A DNA stretch of 64,000 nt from Minisyncoccota bacterium (GCA_040905715.1 JBBDRA010000003.1:459142-523141), one strand, 5' to 3'; positions 32,017-44,600 are shown, counted from the first letter of the stretch. Notes: generated from the letters alone by a model not told the origin. Numbers and translations are program-made.

Positions 32017-32592
32017 ATGCGAAAGATAACTTTTGATATCGAAACGAAAAACATGTTTAGCGATGTCGGTTCTAACAATGCCGCCGATCTTGACCTCTCT
32101 GTTGTCTGCATTCACGACTCCGAGACGGATGAATACAGCGCTTTTCTAGAAGAAGATCTTCCTAGCCTCTGGCCGATCATTGAAAAAGCCGACATGTTGA
32201 TCGGTTACAACTCGGATCATTTCGATGTTCCCCTTCTGGACAAATACTACCCGGGAGACCTTTTTTCTATTAAAAGCCTAGATATCTTAAAGGAGATCAA
32301 AAATTCATTCGGTCGGCGAATGAAACTCGATCAGGTGGCCGAAGGTACCCTGGGCGTTAAAAAATCAGGACACGGACTTGAGGCTATTGCCTGGTGGAAA
32401 AAGGGTGAGATCGAGAAGATCAAGAAATACTGTATTGATGATGTACGTATCACAAAGGATGTATACGATTTTGCAATAGCGAACGGTAAGCTTAAGTTCA
32501 CCGAAGGTGGCACAGTAAACGAATTTCCACTCGACACGACTCACTGGGAGGTTATCGAAGACAGTGCAATGACTCACACCCTACCCTTCTAA
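32017..32592 (+). CDS. RNase H-like 3'-5' exonuclease (YprB/RNase_H_2-like)
   Basis: FDIET, GYN..HFD and YC.DDV motifs. Confidence 0.8.
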   Translation: MRKITFDIETKNMFSDVGSNNAADLDLSVVCIHDSETDEYSAFLEEDLPSLWPIIEKADMLIGYNSDHFDVPLLDKYYPGDLFSIKSLDILKEIKNSFGRRMKLDQVAEGTLGVKKSGHGLEAIAWWKKGEIEKIKKYCIDDVRITKDVYDFAIANGKLKFTEGGTVNEFPLDTTHWEVIEDSAMTHTLPF

Positions 32593-32674
32593 CGCATAAA
32601 GATCGCTCTGATAACCAAAAAATGTCCAAAGCCAGGCTTTGGACATTTTTTCATTGTGTTACGGCTGTTCTAAA

Positions 32675-33466
32675 TTAGATAAGAAACGCGAACAACACCA
32701 CAGCAACGAACACACGATATATCACGAAAATAGTAAGTCGGTTGGTCCGCAGGTATCGAACCAAAAAATGCATCGCGGTAAGACCAACCGCAAAAGCGAC
32801 CGCTGCGCCGAGGAGCGCGGGTGCCTGAAAGACATCAGCCGGTGACGACGCATGGTACAGCGCGCGAGCTCCTGCACCGGCGATGATCGGCAAACCCAAA
32901 AGAAAACTGAATCGTACGGCTTCTTCACGACTCAATCCAAGTAAAAGACCTCCGGCGATCGTTGATCCTGACCGAGACATGCCGGGAATAAGCGCAAGAA
33001 CCTGAAACACACCGATACCAAAACCTCGATTACCTGAAATGATCTTAGTATAACGAGCGGATGCTTCAGCGACCGCAAACAAAAGACTGCCGAGAAGTAA
33101 CGAGAATACAACAACCATCGGTGCACGCAGTACATGCTCGATAATATCCTCAAAGAGGAAGCCGACCAATACCGCCGGAATCGTACCGAGAATGATCGCG
33201 AGCAGTAACCGCTCTTGCGTTTTGTCAATCGGTTTGGCTGCGGCATACGCAATAGCCGTCTTTACAAGCTGAAACACGTCACGCCTAAAATACACAACAA
33301 TAGCGGCCAATGTTGCCAAATGAAGAAGCACATCAAACGCCAGTGCTCCTTCCACGCCAAAACCCAATACGCTGCGGGCAGCAATGAGATGACCAGAGGA
33401 AGATATCGGTAAAAACTCGGTCAAGCCTTGGACAATTCCCAACAAGATAGCTTCGGTATACGACAT
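32675..33466 (-). CDS. uppP: undecaprenyl-diphosphatase
   Basis: QGLTEFLPISSSGHL and PGMSRSGST motifs. Confidence 0.95.
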   Translation of the reverse strand: MSYTEAILLGIVQGLTEFLPISSSGHLIAARSVLGFGVEGALAFDVLLHLATLAAIVVYFRRDVFQLVKTAIAYAAAKPIDKTQERLLLAIILGTIPAVLVGFLFEDIIEHVLRAPMVVVFSLLLGSLLFAVAEASARYTKIISGNRGFGIGVFQVLALIPGMSRSGSTIAGGLLLGLSREEAVRFSFLLGLPIIAGAGARALYHASSPADVFQAPALLGAAVAFAVGLTAMHFLVRYLRTNRLTIFVIYRVFVAVVLFAFLI

Positions 33467-33578
33467 ACAATAATGGCCTTACAATGGCTGTTCATAACCT
33501 TGTAAATACGCTTATCACAATACCACAATCTCCGTTGCCGTGGTAGAATATCAGCTATATTCAGGTAATTTATTATAT

Positions 33579-34385
33579 ATGCAAAAATTAGGTATTCCGA
33601 TAGCGATAGTCATAGCCGGAGTCATCATTGCCGGCGCAATTGTATGGGGTGGCGACCTTAGCCTCTCAGGCGAACGATCGGCAAACAGTACTACCGGACA
33701 GAATTTAAACTACGACCCTGCTGAGATGCAGACAGTGATCGACGAAGTAGGTGTTGAAGGCAAGATCCTTGGCGACCCAAACGCACCGATCATCATTACT
33801 GAGTATTCAGACACTGAGTGTCCTTTCTGTCAGCGCTTCCACAACACCATGATGGAGGTTATCAACAAATACGGAGCGAGCGGCGAAGTTGCTTGGGAAT
33901 ACAAGCATTTCCCTATTCCACAACTCCACCGAAAAGCGGCGGCTGAATCACACGCCCTCGAATGCATCTATGAGCTAGGCGGAGACGAGGCCTTCTGGAT
34001 CGCTATCGATACGATCTACACGATCACACCAAGTAACGACGGACTCAACCACGCTCTCCTCCCAGAGATCGCCGAAATAGCAGGAGTCGATGCAGGAGAG
34101 TTCAACGAATGTCAGGAAAGTGGTGACCATCAGCAACTCGTCGAAGCAGAGGCGCGAGAAGCACAAGAGAATGGCGGCAGAGGAACACCTTACTCGGTCA
34201 TTCATCTTAACTCAGCCCTAAGTGCAGAAGGACGAGCGGCAGTAGAAGAGGTCGACGCCCAGGCCTCGCAGGACAGAGAACTATTTAAGATTGTTGAAGA
34301 CGGTACCCAGATCCAAATGAGTGGGGCAATGCCGTTTAACCTGATCGACCAACTAGTAACAGCTATTCTTGAGAGCAACGCCTAG
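33579..34385 (+). CDS. DsbA-family thiol-disulfide oxidoreductase
   Basis: EYSD.ECPFC and GTP motifs; N-terminal TM helix. Confidence 0.88.
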   Translation: MQKLGIPIAIVIAGVIIAGAIVWGGDLSLSGERSANSTTGQNLNYDPAEMQTVIDEVGVEGKILGDPNAPIIITEYSDTECPFCQRFHNTMMEVINKYGASGEVAWEYKHFPIPQLHRKAAAESHALECIYELGGDEAFWIAIDTIYTITPSNDGLNHALLPEIAEIAGVDAGEFNECQESGDHQQLVEAEAREAQENGGRGTPYSVIHLNSALSAEGRAAVEEVDAQASQDRELFKIVEDGTQIQMSGAMPFNLIDQLVTAILESNA

Positions 34386-34454
34386 TATCTCTTTCTACTC
34401 CAAAGAGTTACCGCAACGTTAAAAAACTCCGTACAACCTGTACGGAGTTTTCTT

Positions 34455-37400
34455 TTAAATTTTCTCCTCTATAAGATCTTGTTCAAACTGCTCCACCCCC
34501 TTTACATCAGGACTGTACTCACTCACGTCAGGAAAATCGAGGTTCACAATGTGCCGATACACCGCTTCGATGAGGGAACGCGTACGGGCTGCATCTTCGT
34601 CTGTTATACCGAGAACAAGGTCTATACATATGCCATTCGTAGGCTCTACAAACTCCAGTACACCCTTTTCAACACAATATTGACCATAATCACGCGACTC
34701 CTCCACCAACAGCTTATACACGACAAGCTGCTGCTTATAGCTATGCAGTTGGATCTTCTCGATCGGGTTCGATCCGTTCCACTTGGACTTTGCTTTTCCG
34801 GTCTTGTAATCGTGTACAACTGCAGTTGTTTTATCCAAAGGCGCCAACTTGTCTATCTTTCCGGCCAGCTGTGCGTCGCCAATGATAACACCCTGGTCTT
34901 TAAAGTTCACCTCAACTTTGTGTGCCGGGTCGAATGTATCCTTCTTTTGTTCAAGATATATCGCTAATGCTTTCTCTCCTCGCGCGCAATTCACCTCAAA
35001 GTCACGAGCCGACAGTCGCTCTTTTCTCAGTGACTCGCTAAACCAATGTACAACCTGCTCTAGCGACGGAAGTTCATTGTGCTTGCGCAAATGTATATAC
35101 AATAATTCCAGTGCCTTATGCACAGCGGTACCGAACGCGGCTGACGCTGTTTTCGCTTGCGGGAAACGAAGCAGGTTTTGCTCCAAAAACTGCTGAGGAC
35201 CACCTCGAGCAACATTCACAAAGTTATTCAAATGCGTCACACTCATCTTATACTCCTCTACCAGCGAACCGAGCAAGGCCTCCTCGTCATGAATAAACGG
35301 TCCGGCATGCACACTCATGACTGACGCAGTGAGCACATCAGTGGTCGCCGGCATGTCTGCCGCGTCTACCGATCCTTCACGCTCAAGTAAAAGCTTTTTA
35401 ACCGATTCAGCATACGTATCCGTGTCAGCGACGGGCGCAAGAAACTGTACTGCCATCCGCTCCTTACCACTCTCATCTGCCTGATATAACGTTATATACA
35501 ACTGACGCTTGGCACGAGTAAGCGCCACATAAAAAAGACGCAACTGGTCATCGAGCGTGTCGCCTGCGGTTGTGATCGGCATATTGATCGGAAACGCGAG
35601 ATTACTTCCACGCGGTTTTGGTGTCCAAACCTCATCAACACAACTCAACACAAAAACCGTGTCGAACTCAAGACCTTTTGCTTTGTGCGCGGTCAAAAGC
35701 TGTACTGCCTCGTGCGCTGATACGAACGGACTCGCGTCTACAACCGGTATACTGTTTTGCTCGTGAAGGTCTACAAACGCGATAAGATCCTCGACCCCCA
35801 ATACCTCGCCTTGTTTGTATTCACGAACAGCATCAAGAAATACCCGCAAACTGGAGAGAAACGTAAGGTACTGATCTTTATTTTGTTCAAACTCCAGCTC
35901 GCTGAAATAGTATTCACGGAGAGGACTTTGCATCGGTAACGGATCAGACTCATCGGCACCACTTCCTACATTCAACAGCGGTTCCCCTTCATCTTCATTT
36001 TCTTGCTTAAGCGGCATGTGTGATCCGATCAAATGATCTAGCGTAAGCTCAAGTGGTTGTGAGAGCGATCGTATAGCGACATCAATAAAAAACGCCGCAA
36101 TATCGCGTACCTGTTTATCTGCGTGTTCTTCCATTACCTCAAGCCACAGTTTATTCTCACGTGCCGCGGTAACCGATATACGCCAGACAATGCTTCGCTC
36201 AAGGCCCCAAAAAGGATACGCTAAGATCTCCGGCAGAAGCTCGTCCGCCTCTCTGCGCTGTTTACGCGCCAATGACCCGATGAACCGCGTCATCTGAATA
36301 AGCTGACGGACGTGCGCCTCCTGAAGCACGTTCTGCTGACGCTCATAGCGAAGGGGCACATTCTCTTTATACAGATACCCCAACAACTCCTTAAGATGCT
36401 TATGCTGTCGGGCGATCACGGCTATTTCACTCGGATTCGTTCCGTTAGCTATTTGACGCGCTATCTCCTTGGCGACAAAACTGTACTCATGTGCGCGAGA
36501 CGGAAACGCCGCATAGCGTATATCACCTTCAGTTAGCTCGGTATTTGATGCTATCAGCTCCTTGGAAATATTCGGCAGTCGAGTCTCGAGCCGTTCCTCC
36601 CCCTTAGCGATAACAAATCGAGCGACATCAAGAATATCCTGACTCGAGCGGTAGTTCTCGGTCATAGTAACAATGGTCGGATCACGATACGTTTCCTTAA
36701 AATTCAAGATGTTCGATATCTCTGCTCCCTGAAATTTGTAAATGGCCTGATCATCATCACCAACCACCATAAGATTCGGTCTCCCTTCATTAACCGGGCT
36801 GTCAGTAATAGCCCGCAGGAGACGCATCTGAGCATCGTTGGTATCCTGAAACTCATCTACTAAAATATAACGATACTGTTCCTGAAGCTCACTCTTGAGA
36901 ACCGGATTGTTCTCGACCGCCTGAATAGTGTCGAGGATCATATCGTCAAAGTCTATATAACCTCGTCGATACATTTCACTGCTGTATGCTTCATACAGAT
37001 CAGCGAGAGCATACATCCGATCAATTGATAGTGTGTCTTTAAATACTCGAGAGCCCTCTTCCCCTTTAGGTGCCCACTTTTGTTTCCACTTTGATACCGG
37101 CGAAGTGCTTTCTTGTTCAGCTGCCTGATTCATCGCATGCTCTAGCGAATCCGCAACCACTTCCTCCAGAGGATAAAAAAGAGAGACTGACAAATTACGT
37201 TTTAGAGCTTTTTTTCTCAGGTCCGCAATGGCCCGCTCAATCTCCCCCACCTTCTCTTTCGTTAACCGCTCGCTAAAAAGTTTGTCCATCCAAGTGTTTA
37301 CCGTCTTAAGCGAATCAGCATCGGCATTTAAGACAGCCCTGAATTCATCCGGGGTCAGTCCGGCCTTCTTAAGCTGACCAATAGCCTCTTTGATCGAGCG

Positions 37401-37856
37401 AAGATAGGTATATCCCTGTTCAGGGTGCTGACTTTTAAGCGGGTTGTCGTGCTCAACCGCATCAAGTATGCCGGTGATCACCTCTATCTGGACCAACTCG
37501 TCAGCCGGAGACAACAAAGCGTTATTATAAAAATACTCGGGATGTCGACCAATGATGTCGACTCCAAAGTTATGAAAAGTGTGAATTGCTACCCGATACG
37601 CGTCCCGACCAATGAGACCGTCCAGGCGCTCGCGCATATTGGCGGCTGCTGACTCCGTGAATGTAAGACAGAGAATATTACTCGGGAATGCATCCGTCTG
37701 ATTCAGAATATTTCCTACCCGCATCGAGAGTATCTGGGTCTTACCGGACCCAGGTCCGGCGATCACCATCACCGGCCCTTCTATCGCGTCTACCGCTTCT
37801 TTCTGTTTCGTATTAAGTTTTGCGTACGCTTGGTCAAACGTTTCAGTTGATGCCAT
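34455..37856 (-). CDS. UvrD/PcrA-like SF1 helicase with C-terminal PD-(D/E)XK nuclease
   Basis: AGPGSGKT, VDEFQD, HKAKGLEF and YVALTRA; C-terminal GKIDK...DYKTG...QL..Y. Confidence 0.9.
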   Translation of the reverse strand: MASTETFDQAYAKLNTKQKEAVDAIEGPVMVIAGPGSGKTQILSMRVGNILNQTDAFPSNILCLTFTESAAANMRERLDGLIGRDAYRVAIHTFHNFGVDIIGRHPEYFYNNALLSPADELVQIEVITGILDAVEHDNPLKSQHPEQGYTYLRSIKEAIGQLKKAGLTPDEFRAVLNADADSLKTVNTWMDKLFSERLTKEKVGEIERAIADLRKKALKRNLSVSLFYPLEEVVADSLEHAMNQAAEQESTSPVSKWKQKWAPKGEEGSRVFKDTLSIDRMYALADLYEAYSSEMYRRGYIDFDDMILDTIQAVENNPVLKSELQEQYRYILVDEFQDTNDAQMRLLRAITDSPVNEGRPNLMVVGDDDQAIYKFQGAEISNILNFKETYRDPTIVTMTENYRSSQDILDVARFVIAKGEERLETRLPNISKELIASNTELTEGDIRYAAFPSRAHEYSFVAKEIARQIANGTNPSEIAVIARQHKHLKELLGYLYKENVPLRYERQQNVLQEAHVRQLIQMTRFIGSLARKQRREADELLPEILAYPFWGLERSIVWRISVTAARENKLWLEVMEEHADKQVRDIAAFFIDVAIRSLSQPLELTLDHLIGSHMPLKQENEDEGEPLLNVGSGADESDPLPMQSPLREYYFSELEFEQNKDQYLTFLSSLRVFLDAVREYKQGEVLGVEDLIAFVDLHEQNSIPVVDASPFVSAHEAVQLLTAHKAKGLEFDTVFVLSCVDEVWTPKPRGSNLAFPINMPITTAGDTLDDQLRLFYVALTRAKRQLYITLYQADESGKERMAVQFLAPVADTDTYAESVKKLLLEREGSVDAADMPATTDVLTASVMSVHAGPFIHDEEALLGSLVEEYKMSVTHLNNFVNVARGGPQQFLEQNLLRFPQAKTASAAFGTAVHKALELLYIHLRKHNELPSLEQVVHWFSESLRKERLSARDFEVNCARGEKALAIYLEQKKDTFDPAHKVEVNFKDQGVIIGDAQLAGKIDKLAPLDKTTAVVHDYKTGKAKSKWNGSNPIEKIQLHSYKQQLVVYKLLVEESRDYGQYCVEKGVLEFVEPTNGICIDLVLGITDEDAARTRSLIEAVYRHIVNLDFPDVSEYSPDVKGVEQFEQDLIEEKI

Positions 37857-37996
37857 AACGGCATTCTATCACAGTGCTCCTACCCTAAGCACCTACACTT
37901 TTCAGCCCCTATATTTACAAAATACCCCACAATAGTAGAGTATACTTAATTAGCTCCTTACCATCCGGCAAACTTATCTCAGAGAGGAGATCATCC

Positions 37997-38179
37997 ATGC
38001 AGTCACAACAAATATTTAACTTTGCTGTTGGATTCTTCTTATTTATTATTTTTGCAGGACTTTTTGCTGTTATTACACAAGTTGGACCAGATCCGCTGAG
38101 AATACGCTGGCGCCTGGTCACTCCTATTATTTTCATTTCAGCGACTCTCTTTGGAGTATTAACTGCAATAAACCTCTGA
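37997..38179 (+). CDS. small two-TM hypothetical protein
   Basis: SD GAGGAG and two hydrophobic helices. Confidence 0.5.
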   Translation: MQSQQIFNFAVGFFLFIIFAGLFAVITQVGPDPLRIRWRLVTPIIFISATLFGVLTAINL

Positions 38180-38288
38180 CTTGTGCAAAATGATAAACGG
38201 TTGCCTCACCAAATAAAACCAGACTAAAATTGCCAACCCCTGGGGTTGGCAATTTTCAATTGGTTTCGGCTTGATCGGTCATTGTTCT

Positions 38289-39677
38289 TTAGTAATTCCT
38301 CAATCGCTCTACGTTATCGTGCTGACGGATCTTTTCGTGAGCTTTCGCTTCAATCTGACGAATACGCTCTCTCGTCACACTAAATTCTCGACCCACTTCC
38401 TCAAGTGTGTGCGTAATACCATCCTTCAAACCGTGACGCATCTCAAGGATCCGGCGCTCCTTTTCCGGCAGATCGGCCAGTATCTCCTTCACCTGGTCGC
38501 GAATGATTCGACGAGACGACTCCTGGTCAGGCGAAAGCACCGAATCATCTGACAGGAAGTCGCCGAGGGTTGATTTACCATCCTCGTCATCTTCTTTGGT
38601 CGGACTATCAAGAGAAGCAGTGTTCTGATCGATCTTCTCGATCTGATAAATCTTTTCGATATCCAGATTCATTTCAGTAGCTATCTCCTCCGGAAGTGGC
38701 TCTCGACCAAGATCCTGAGATATTCGTCGGACGACCTGCTTGTACTTTGCAATGGTCTCAACCATGTGAACCGGCACGCGAATGGTTCGAGACTGGTCAG
38801 CGAGTGCACGAGTGATCGCCTGGCGAATCCACCACGTCGCGTACGTTGAGAATTTATACCCCTTTGTCCAGTCAAATTTATCAACTGCCTTAAAGAGTCC
38901 GAGGTTCCCTTCTTGGATTAGGTCAAGCAATGTAAGATCCGGGCTGCGGCCGACATACTTCTTTGCAATAGAAACCACAAGTCGAAGGTTAGCGCGGGCA
39001 AGGAGTGTTCGCGCCTCCTCGTCGCCGGACTCAATACGTCGCGCAAGCTCTTTTTCCTGAGCAGCGGTAATAAGCGGGTATTTTCCGATCTCACGCAGAT
39101 ACATTTGAATAGAATCGTACGAAGAGGATTCATTGCTTACCGGCCCCTGCTTAGCTGATATCTCCTCCGCGGTCTCGAGAAGACTTCCTGACTCAAGAAC
39201 ATCCACGCCTGCTGTTGATAGCTTTGCGTACATATCTTCAAGAAGCTCAATGTCCTCCTCTACATCAGGAAACGATTTAAGGATCTCGTCATAGGTAATG
39301 AATCCTCGGCGCTTTCCTTTAGCAATAAGTTCATTCTCCAATTTTTCAAGTTCCTGAGCTATGGTTTTCTTAGAACGACGCTTAACCGGCGCCTTCTTAG
39401 TTGCTTTTTTCGAAGACTTCTTCGCTGCGGTCTTTTTCGAAGTTTTCTTTGTGGTTTTCTTCGCTGTCTTTTTTGTGACGGTCTTTTTCTTTGCGGATGC
39501 TTTTGAGGTCGCTTTCTTGGCTGCTGCTCTTGTTACAACCTGATCACCCCCTTTCTTGGCACCTTTTTTACCACGACTTTTTTGAGAAGCGGTCTTTTTC
39601 TGCGTCTTTTTTGTTCCCGAGCTGGATACTCGCTTGCTCTGACGCGTATTCGATTGTGTTTTCTTTGCCTGTGGCAT
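38289..39677 (-). CDS. rpoD: RNA polymerase primary sigma factor with Lys-rich N-terminal extension
   Basis: [26 protein letters not shown] and TRERIRQIE motifs. Confidence 0.95.
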   Translation of the reverse strand: MPQAKKTQSNTRQSKRVSSSGTKKTQKKTASQKSRGKKGAKKGGDQVVTRAAAKKATSKASAKKKTVTKKTAKKTTKKTSKKTAAKKSSKKATKKAPVKRRSKKTIAQELEKLENELIAKGKRRGFITYDEILKSFPDVEEDIELLEDMYAKLSTAGVDVLESGSLLETAEEISAKQGPVSNESSSYDSIQMYLREIGKYPLITAAQEKELARRIESGDEEARTLLARANLRLVVSIAKKYVGRSPDLTLLDLIQEGNLGLFKAVDKFDWTKGYKFSTYATWWIRQAITRALADQSRTIRVPVHMVETIAKYKQVVRRISQDLGREPLPEEIATEMNLDIEKIYQIEKIDQNTASLDSPTKEDDEDGKSTLGDFLSDDSVLSPDQESSRRIIRDQVKEILADLPEKERRILEMRHGLKDGITHTLEEVGREFSVTRERIRQIEAKAHEKIRQHDNVERLRNY

Positions 39678-39726
39678 ATGGTAATTCGTTACTTTGAATC
39701 CGTTCAGCTGTATGTAAATATCAACG

Positions 39727-41508
39727 TTATGTTTTTTCGCTATCCGGCTGTCTCATTCTGTCTATTTGCGCTTGCAGCTCTTGATACGCTTTCATCTTTT
39801 GGGCGACCCGCTCATCATCACGATCACGACCGGCCTCTTGCAATTCATGACGTATCCGATCCCGTCTCTGAATAAGAAGCTCAATATCTAATTCCTGGAA
39901 CAGCTCTTCAACCGTTCTGTCTGTGACATTACTCTCACCGTACTGCTGCTCAATTCGGAAGACCGCATCAGGGTGATCGGCAACGTTATCAAGAAAGGTT
40001 TGCGCGTCATCACCGAGCCGCTCTTCGAGCTTTGCTCGCGCGCTAGCCACATCGATAAGCGACTCCTCCTTAGCCCCCTGCCAAAGAATTAGTCCGGCAA
40101 GATCTTGAGCAACGATTCCCAGTCTATTTCGGGTTGTTGCCCGCGACTCTTGCGGTGCGGCATCTGACCCAACTCCGGCAGCCGCACCGGCCTGCTCTTG
40201 CTCAGCACGAGTATCCCGCTGGCTTTCGGTGATCGGCCGGGTCTTTTTTAGATCGCTCCAGAGCGCGTCTTCACGAATGCCGACCTTTTTTGCTACCTCC
40301 TCAATGAAGAATGACTGTTCGCTTGATTGAGGCAGTGCGGCAATGTATGGCAGAACCTCTGTGGAAACTCGACGCGAGAGTGATCGCTTATCAGAACCAA
40401 CTTCCGCAATAATGTGGTTGAGAAGATAGGTCACAACCGGCTGAGCATTGCTGAGGATCATTTTCCACTCACCCGGATCCCGCTTGAGCACATCGGCCGG
40501 GTCATCACCTTCAGGAGTTACCGCCACCTTAACGTCCATCCCCAACGCCAAAGCAATACCGGCACTCTTTTGTACCGCACCTACCCCGGCACTGTCCGCA
40601 TCAAAGGCAAGCATGATCTTGCGGGACAGACGATTAAGTCGTTTCAGATGATCCTGAGTAATAGCCGTACCTGATGTAGCAACTGTGTTCTGGAACCCTG
40701 ACTGATGACTCAGCACCAGGTCCATCTGCCCCTCAACCAATGTCGTGAAGTCCATCTGCCGAATCGCTTGTTTAGCCCGATCCAGACCGTACAAAACATT
40801 TGACTTGTGAAAGATCGGTGTGTCGGGACTGTTAAGATACTTTGGAGCATCATCGGTCTCTTGAAAGATTCTACCCGAGAATGCGATAGCCCGGCCGGCC
40901 GGATCGTTGATCGGAAACATGATCCGATCACGAAAGGTGTCGTAGAGTCTTGTGGTGCCGCTTGAGGTCTTGTTACTTCGCTTCACTAACCCGGCAGTGA
41001 TCATGTCCTCATCAGAATATCCCTTAGCTGAGAGATGCTCATAGAGACTTCGCCACTCACCGGGCGCATAACCGAGCCGCCAGACTGAAACACTTGCATC
41101 ACTTACCCCACGCCCTTTCAGGTATGAGCGAACCGCATTCGCACCGTTGAGCTGATTACAGTAATACAGACACGCCACTTCGAGCAGCTCATACAATGTA
41201 TCCTTTGCCTCATGCTCTTTTTTCGTTACCGGCTCAAACGTGATGCCTGCGCGCTCAGCCAGGATCTTCATCGCTCCGTAGAAATCAACACCCTCGATCC
41301 TCTCTACAAAGTTGATCATGTCTCCACCCGCTCCGCAACCAAAACAGTAATACATCTGACGCTCAGAGCTAACCGAAAAGGATGGTGTCCGCTCATTATG
41401 AAACGGACATCGCGCCTTCCAGTTCACACCGGCGCTGGTAAGAGTTACATAACTCTCCACAACATCCACAATGTCAAGTTTTGATTTTATCTCGTCAACA
41501 GAACTCAT
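39727..41508 (-). CDS. dnaG: DNA primase
   Basis: CPFH...CFGC zinc finger, KYLNSP, VEG.MD and D.D Toprim; start at ATG 41508. Confidence 0.95.
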   Translation of the reverse strand: MSSVDEIKSKLDIVDVVESYVTLTSAGVNWKARCPFHNERTPSFSVSSERQMYYCFGCGAGGDMINFVERIEGVDFYGAMKILAERAGITFEPVTKKEHEAKDTLYELLEVACLYYCNQLNGANAVRSYLKGRGVSDASVSVWRLGYAPGEWRSLYEHLSAKGYSDEDMITAGLVKRSNKTSSGTTRLYDTFRDRIMFPINDPAGRAIAFSGRIFQETDDAPKYLNSPDTPIFHKSNVLYGLDRAKQAIRQMDFTTLVEGQMDLVLSHQSGFQNTVATSGTAITQDHLKRLNRLSRKIMLAFDADSAGVGAVQKSAGIALALGMDVKVAVTPEGDDPADVLKRDPGEWKMILSNAQPVVTYLLNHIIAEVGSDKRSLSRRVSTEVLPYIAALPQSSEQSFFIEEVAKKVGIREDALWSDLKKTRPITESQRDTRAEQEQAGAAAGVGSDAAPQESRATTRNRLGIVAQDLAGLILWQGAKEESLIDVASARAKLEERLGDDAQTFLDNVADHPDAVFRIEQQYGESNVTDRTVEELFQELDIELLIQRRDRIRHELQEAGRDRDDERVAQKMKAYQELQAQIDRMRQPDSEKT

Positions 41509-41640
41509 GATCGAGTGATGGGGCCTTAAAGCGTCTCTCGCTCTTGCAAAGCTCACTCCCCCGCAAGTACACGACAGCGCCCGGAACACATTCATCCGTC
41601 CTCTGCAATTCTCAGCCTTAGCCGACAATCTGGCAATGTA

Positions 41641-44600
41641 CTACTTTGAAGCCTCAACCGCTCCCCCGCTCTGTATCTCGTCTTTCATGTTTCGCTTAAC
41701 TTCTTCGATCACCTCATATTTCGGACTTCCTACAAATCCGGTACCGGCCGGAATAAGGTTACCGATAATGACGTTCTCTTTCAGCCCGATAAGCGGATCC
41801 TTGCTACCTCGAACTGCCGCATCGATCAGGACACGTGTTGTGTGCTGGAACGATGCTGACGATAGGAAACTTCGTCGTGAAAGCGAGACCTCAGTAATAC
41901 CCATGATCACATCTTCACCTTTAGCTTCCTCGCCACCTTCTTCAGCTACGCGCGCGTTCTCTTCTTCGAACTGTGACAGCTCAACCACATCGCCTTGTGT
42001 GAGTGTGGTGTCCCCGGTCTTCGTGATACGTCGACGGGAAAACATCTGGCGAGCGATCGTCTCAATGTGCTTGTGACTCACACTCTCACCCTGAAGCTCA
42101 TACGGCTTCACAATCTCGTGGATAATGTACTCTTGCGCTCGTTCTGTACCGGCGTATTTGAAGAGTTCATCGATATCAACCGATCCGTCAGTGAGAATGT
42201 CACCCTTTTTCACCTCCTGACCCTCACTCACCGTGATCGTACGGTTAAAGTACACGGAGTAGGTTACTTCCTTCTTTGCTTTTCCTGAACCTTTTTCCTC
42301 AAGGTCCTGAATGATCGTGATCGATTTATCGTTATCATCTTTTGTATCAACGCTTGAAACAACACCACTTACCCGACTCACTACAGCAGAGTGCTTCGGC
42401 TTTCGCTTCTCGAATACCTCCTCAACACGAGGAAGACCTGAGGTAATATCACCGCCGACAGACGCTGCACCACCGGAGTGGAACGTACGCATGGTCAGCT
42501 GCGTACCCGGCTCACCGATCGCCTGCGCCGCGATCGTTCCGACTGCTTCACCGATATCGATCGGTTTGTTTGTGCCGAGGTCAGCACCATAACAGGTTCG
42601 ACAAACTCCGTATCGGGTCTTACACGACATTGGAGAACGCACGTAAACTGACTCAATACCTTTCTCTTCTATCAGCTCAGAATCCTGTTTCGAAAGATAA
42701 TGGTTGCGCTTAAAGAGCACGGTACCTTCAGCATCTGTTACGTCTTTTGCCAGGTAACGACCTCGCACGTTTTCCGCAATAGGGATCTCAATACCGGAAG
42801 CCGTCTTCTTCTGAATCCACAAACCGTTCTTAGTATTACAATCATCCTCGCTGACAATAATATCCTGTGCTACATCGAACAGGCGTCGGGTAAGATATCC
42901 AGCCTGAGCGGTCTTGAGCGCTGTGTCAGACAGACCCTTACGTGATCCGTGAGTAGTTATAAAGTACTCGATCGGTGAAAGCCCCTCTTTCATAGAAGCA
43001 AGGATCGGGAATTCAATAGTTGATCCACTGGTTGACTGGATCAAACCTTTCATTCCGGCCATCTGCGTGATCTGTGAGAACGAACCTCGAGCACCGGAGT
43101 AGATCATGTCATATACTGGTCCTGTTTTTGAAAGCGTGGCCGGGAGAAGTTCCTCTACCTCACTTTTCGCGGCGTGCCAGATCTCGAGGCTTTTACGCTT
43201 GCGCTCATCTTCAGAAAGAAGACCATCTTCGTACTGCTCGTGTATCTCGCCTTCCTCCACTTTGGCACGAGCAATAACAGCGTGCTTCTCTTCCGGTATT
43301 TTAATATCGTCAAGTCCCCACGTAATACCTGAGTGAGTCGCGTAAGAGAAACCGAACGTCTTGATCTCGTCAAGGATCGGCGGCAGGCCGTCGAGTCCAT
43401 ATCGCTCGATCAACGCGTCGATCAGGCGACCCATCGTCTTTCGCTCCACATCTTCATTTATGTATGGGAAATCGTCCGGAAGAACATTGTTGAATTTCAG
43501 TCGACCAACAGTGGTCTCGAAGGGCTTATGCTCAAAGTCAGCAAATTTCTCGGCCTCGTTTGGAAGCACATGTATCTTCGCTCGAAATCCAACCTGACCG
43601 AAGTCGTAGGCGGTCACCGCGTGTGACGGTGATGGGAAGTATTTTCCTTCACCTTTATCACCTTCAACTATTTTGGTCATCCAGTACGTACCCAGGACAA
43701 TATCGAGCATCTTCGCCGAAACAACCGGATCTCCACTTCCCGGCTTCAGAATGTTTTTGTTCGCCGCCATAAAGTGACGCGCTTCAGCTTGTGCTTCAGT
43801 CGAAAGCGGAACGTGGACCGCCATCTGGTCACCGTCGAAGTCCGCGTTAAATGCGGTACAGATAAGCGGGTGGATCTGAATAGCGTTACCTTCGATCAAA
43901 GTCGGACGAAACGCCTGGATACCCAGTCGGTGAAGGGTTGGTGCGCGGTTCAAAAGCACGTGCTTATTGGCAATTACTTCTTCGAGGATCGCCCATACTT
44001 CATCAGCTCCGTCCTCGATCAGCTTGCTAGCGCTTCGAATATTGTACGCGAGCTCGCGTGAGAGAAGCTTGGAAATAACAAATGGCTTGAAGAGCTCAAG
44101 TGCCATATGCTTTGGCAGACCACACTCATCTATCTCGAGGTGTGGACCAACAACGATCACACTACGGCCAGAGTAGTCAACACGCTTACCAAGAAGGTTC
44201 TGACGGAAGAGACCACGCTTCCCTTTCAAGCTGTCAGCAAGTGACTTCAATGGTCGATTCTGCGCCTGATTCACTGCAGACGGCATCGTGTTACCGTGTC
44301 TGATCGAATTATCAATAAGTGAGTCAGCAGCTTCCTGGAGAATTCGCTTCTCGTTTCGGAGAATAACGTCAGGGGCCATGATATCCTTCAGACGCTTCAG
44401 ACGATTATTACGGTTGATAACTCGACGGTAGAGATCGTTTACATCCGATGTGGCGTAACGTCCACCATCAAGTGGAACCATGGGGCGAAGTGCTGGCGGA
44501 ATAACCGGAATACGAGTTAAGAACATCCATTCTGGCCGGATACCTGAGCTACGCATTGCTCGTACTGCAGAGAGACGACGATTGATCTTGCCTTTCTCTA

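Noticed and set aside
41509-41640. N-terminal extension of DnaG, or an ncRNA between rpoC and dnaG
   Set aside because: The extension has no primase-like features. An imperfect hairpin is present but matches no family I can recognise.
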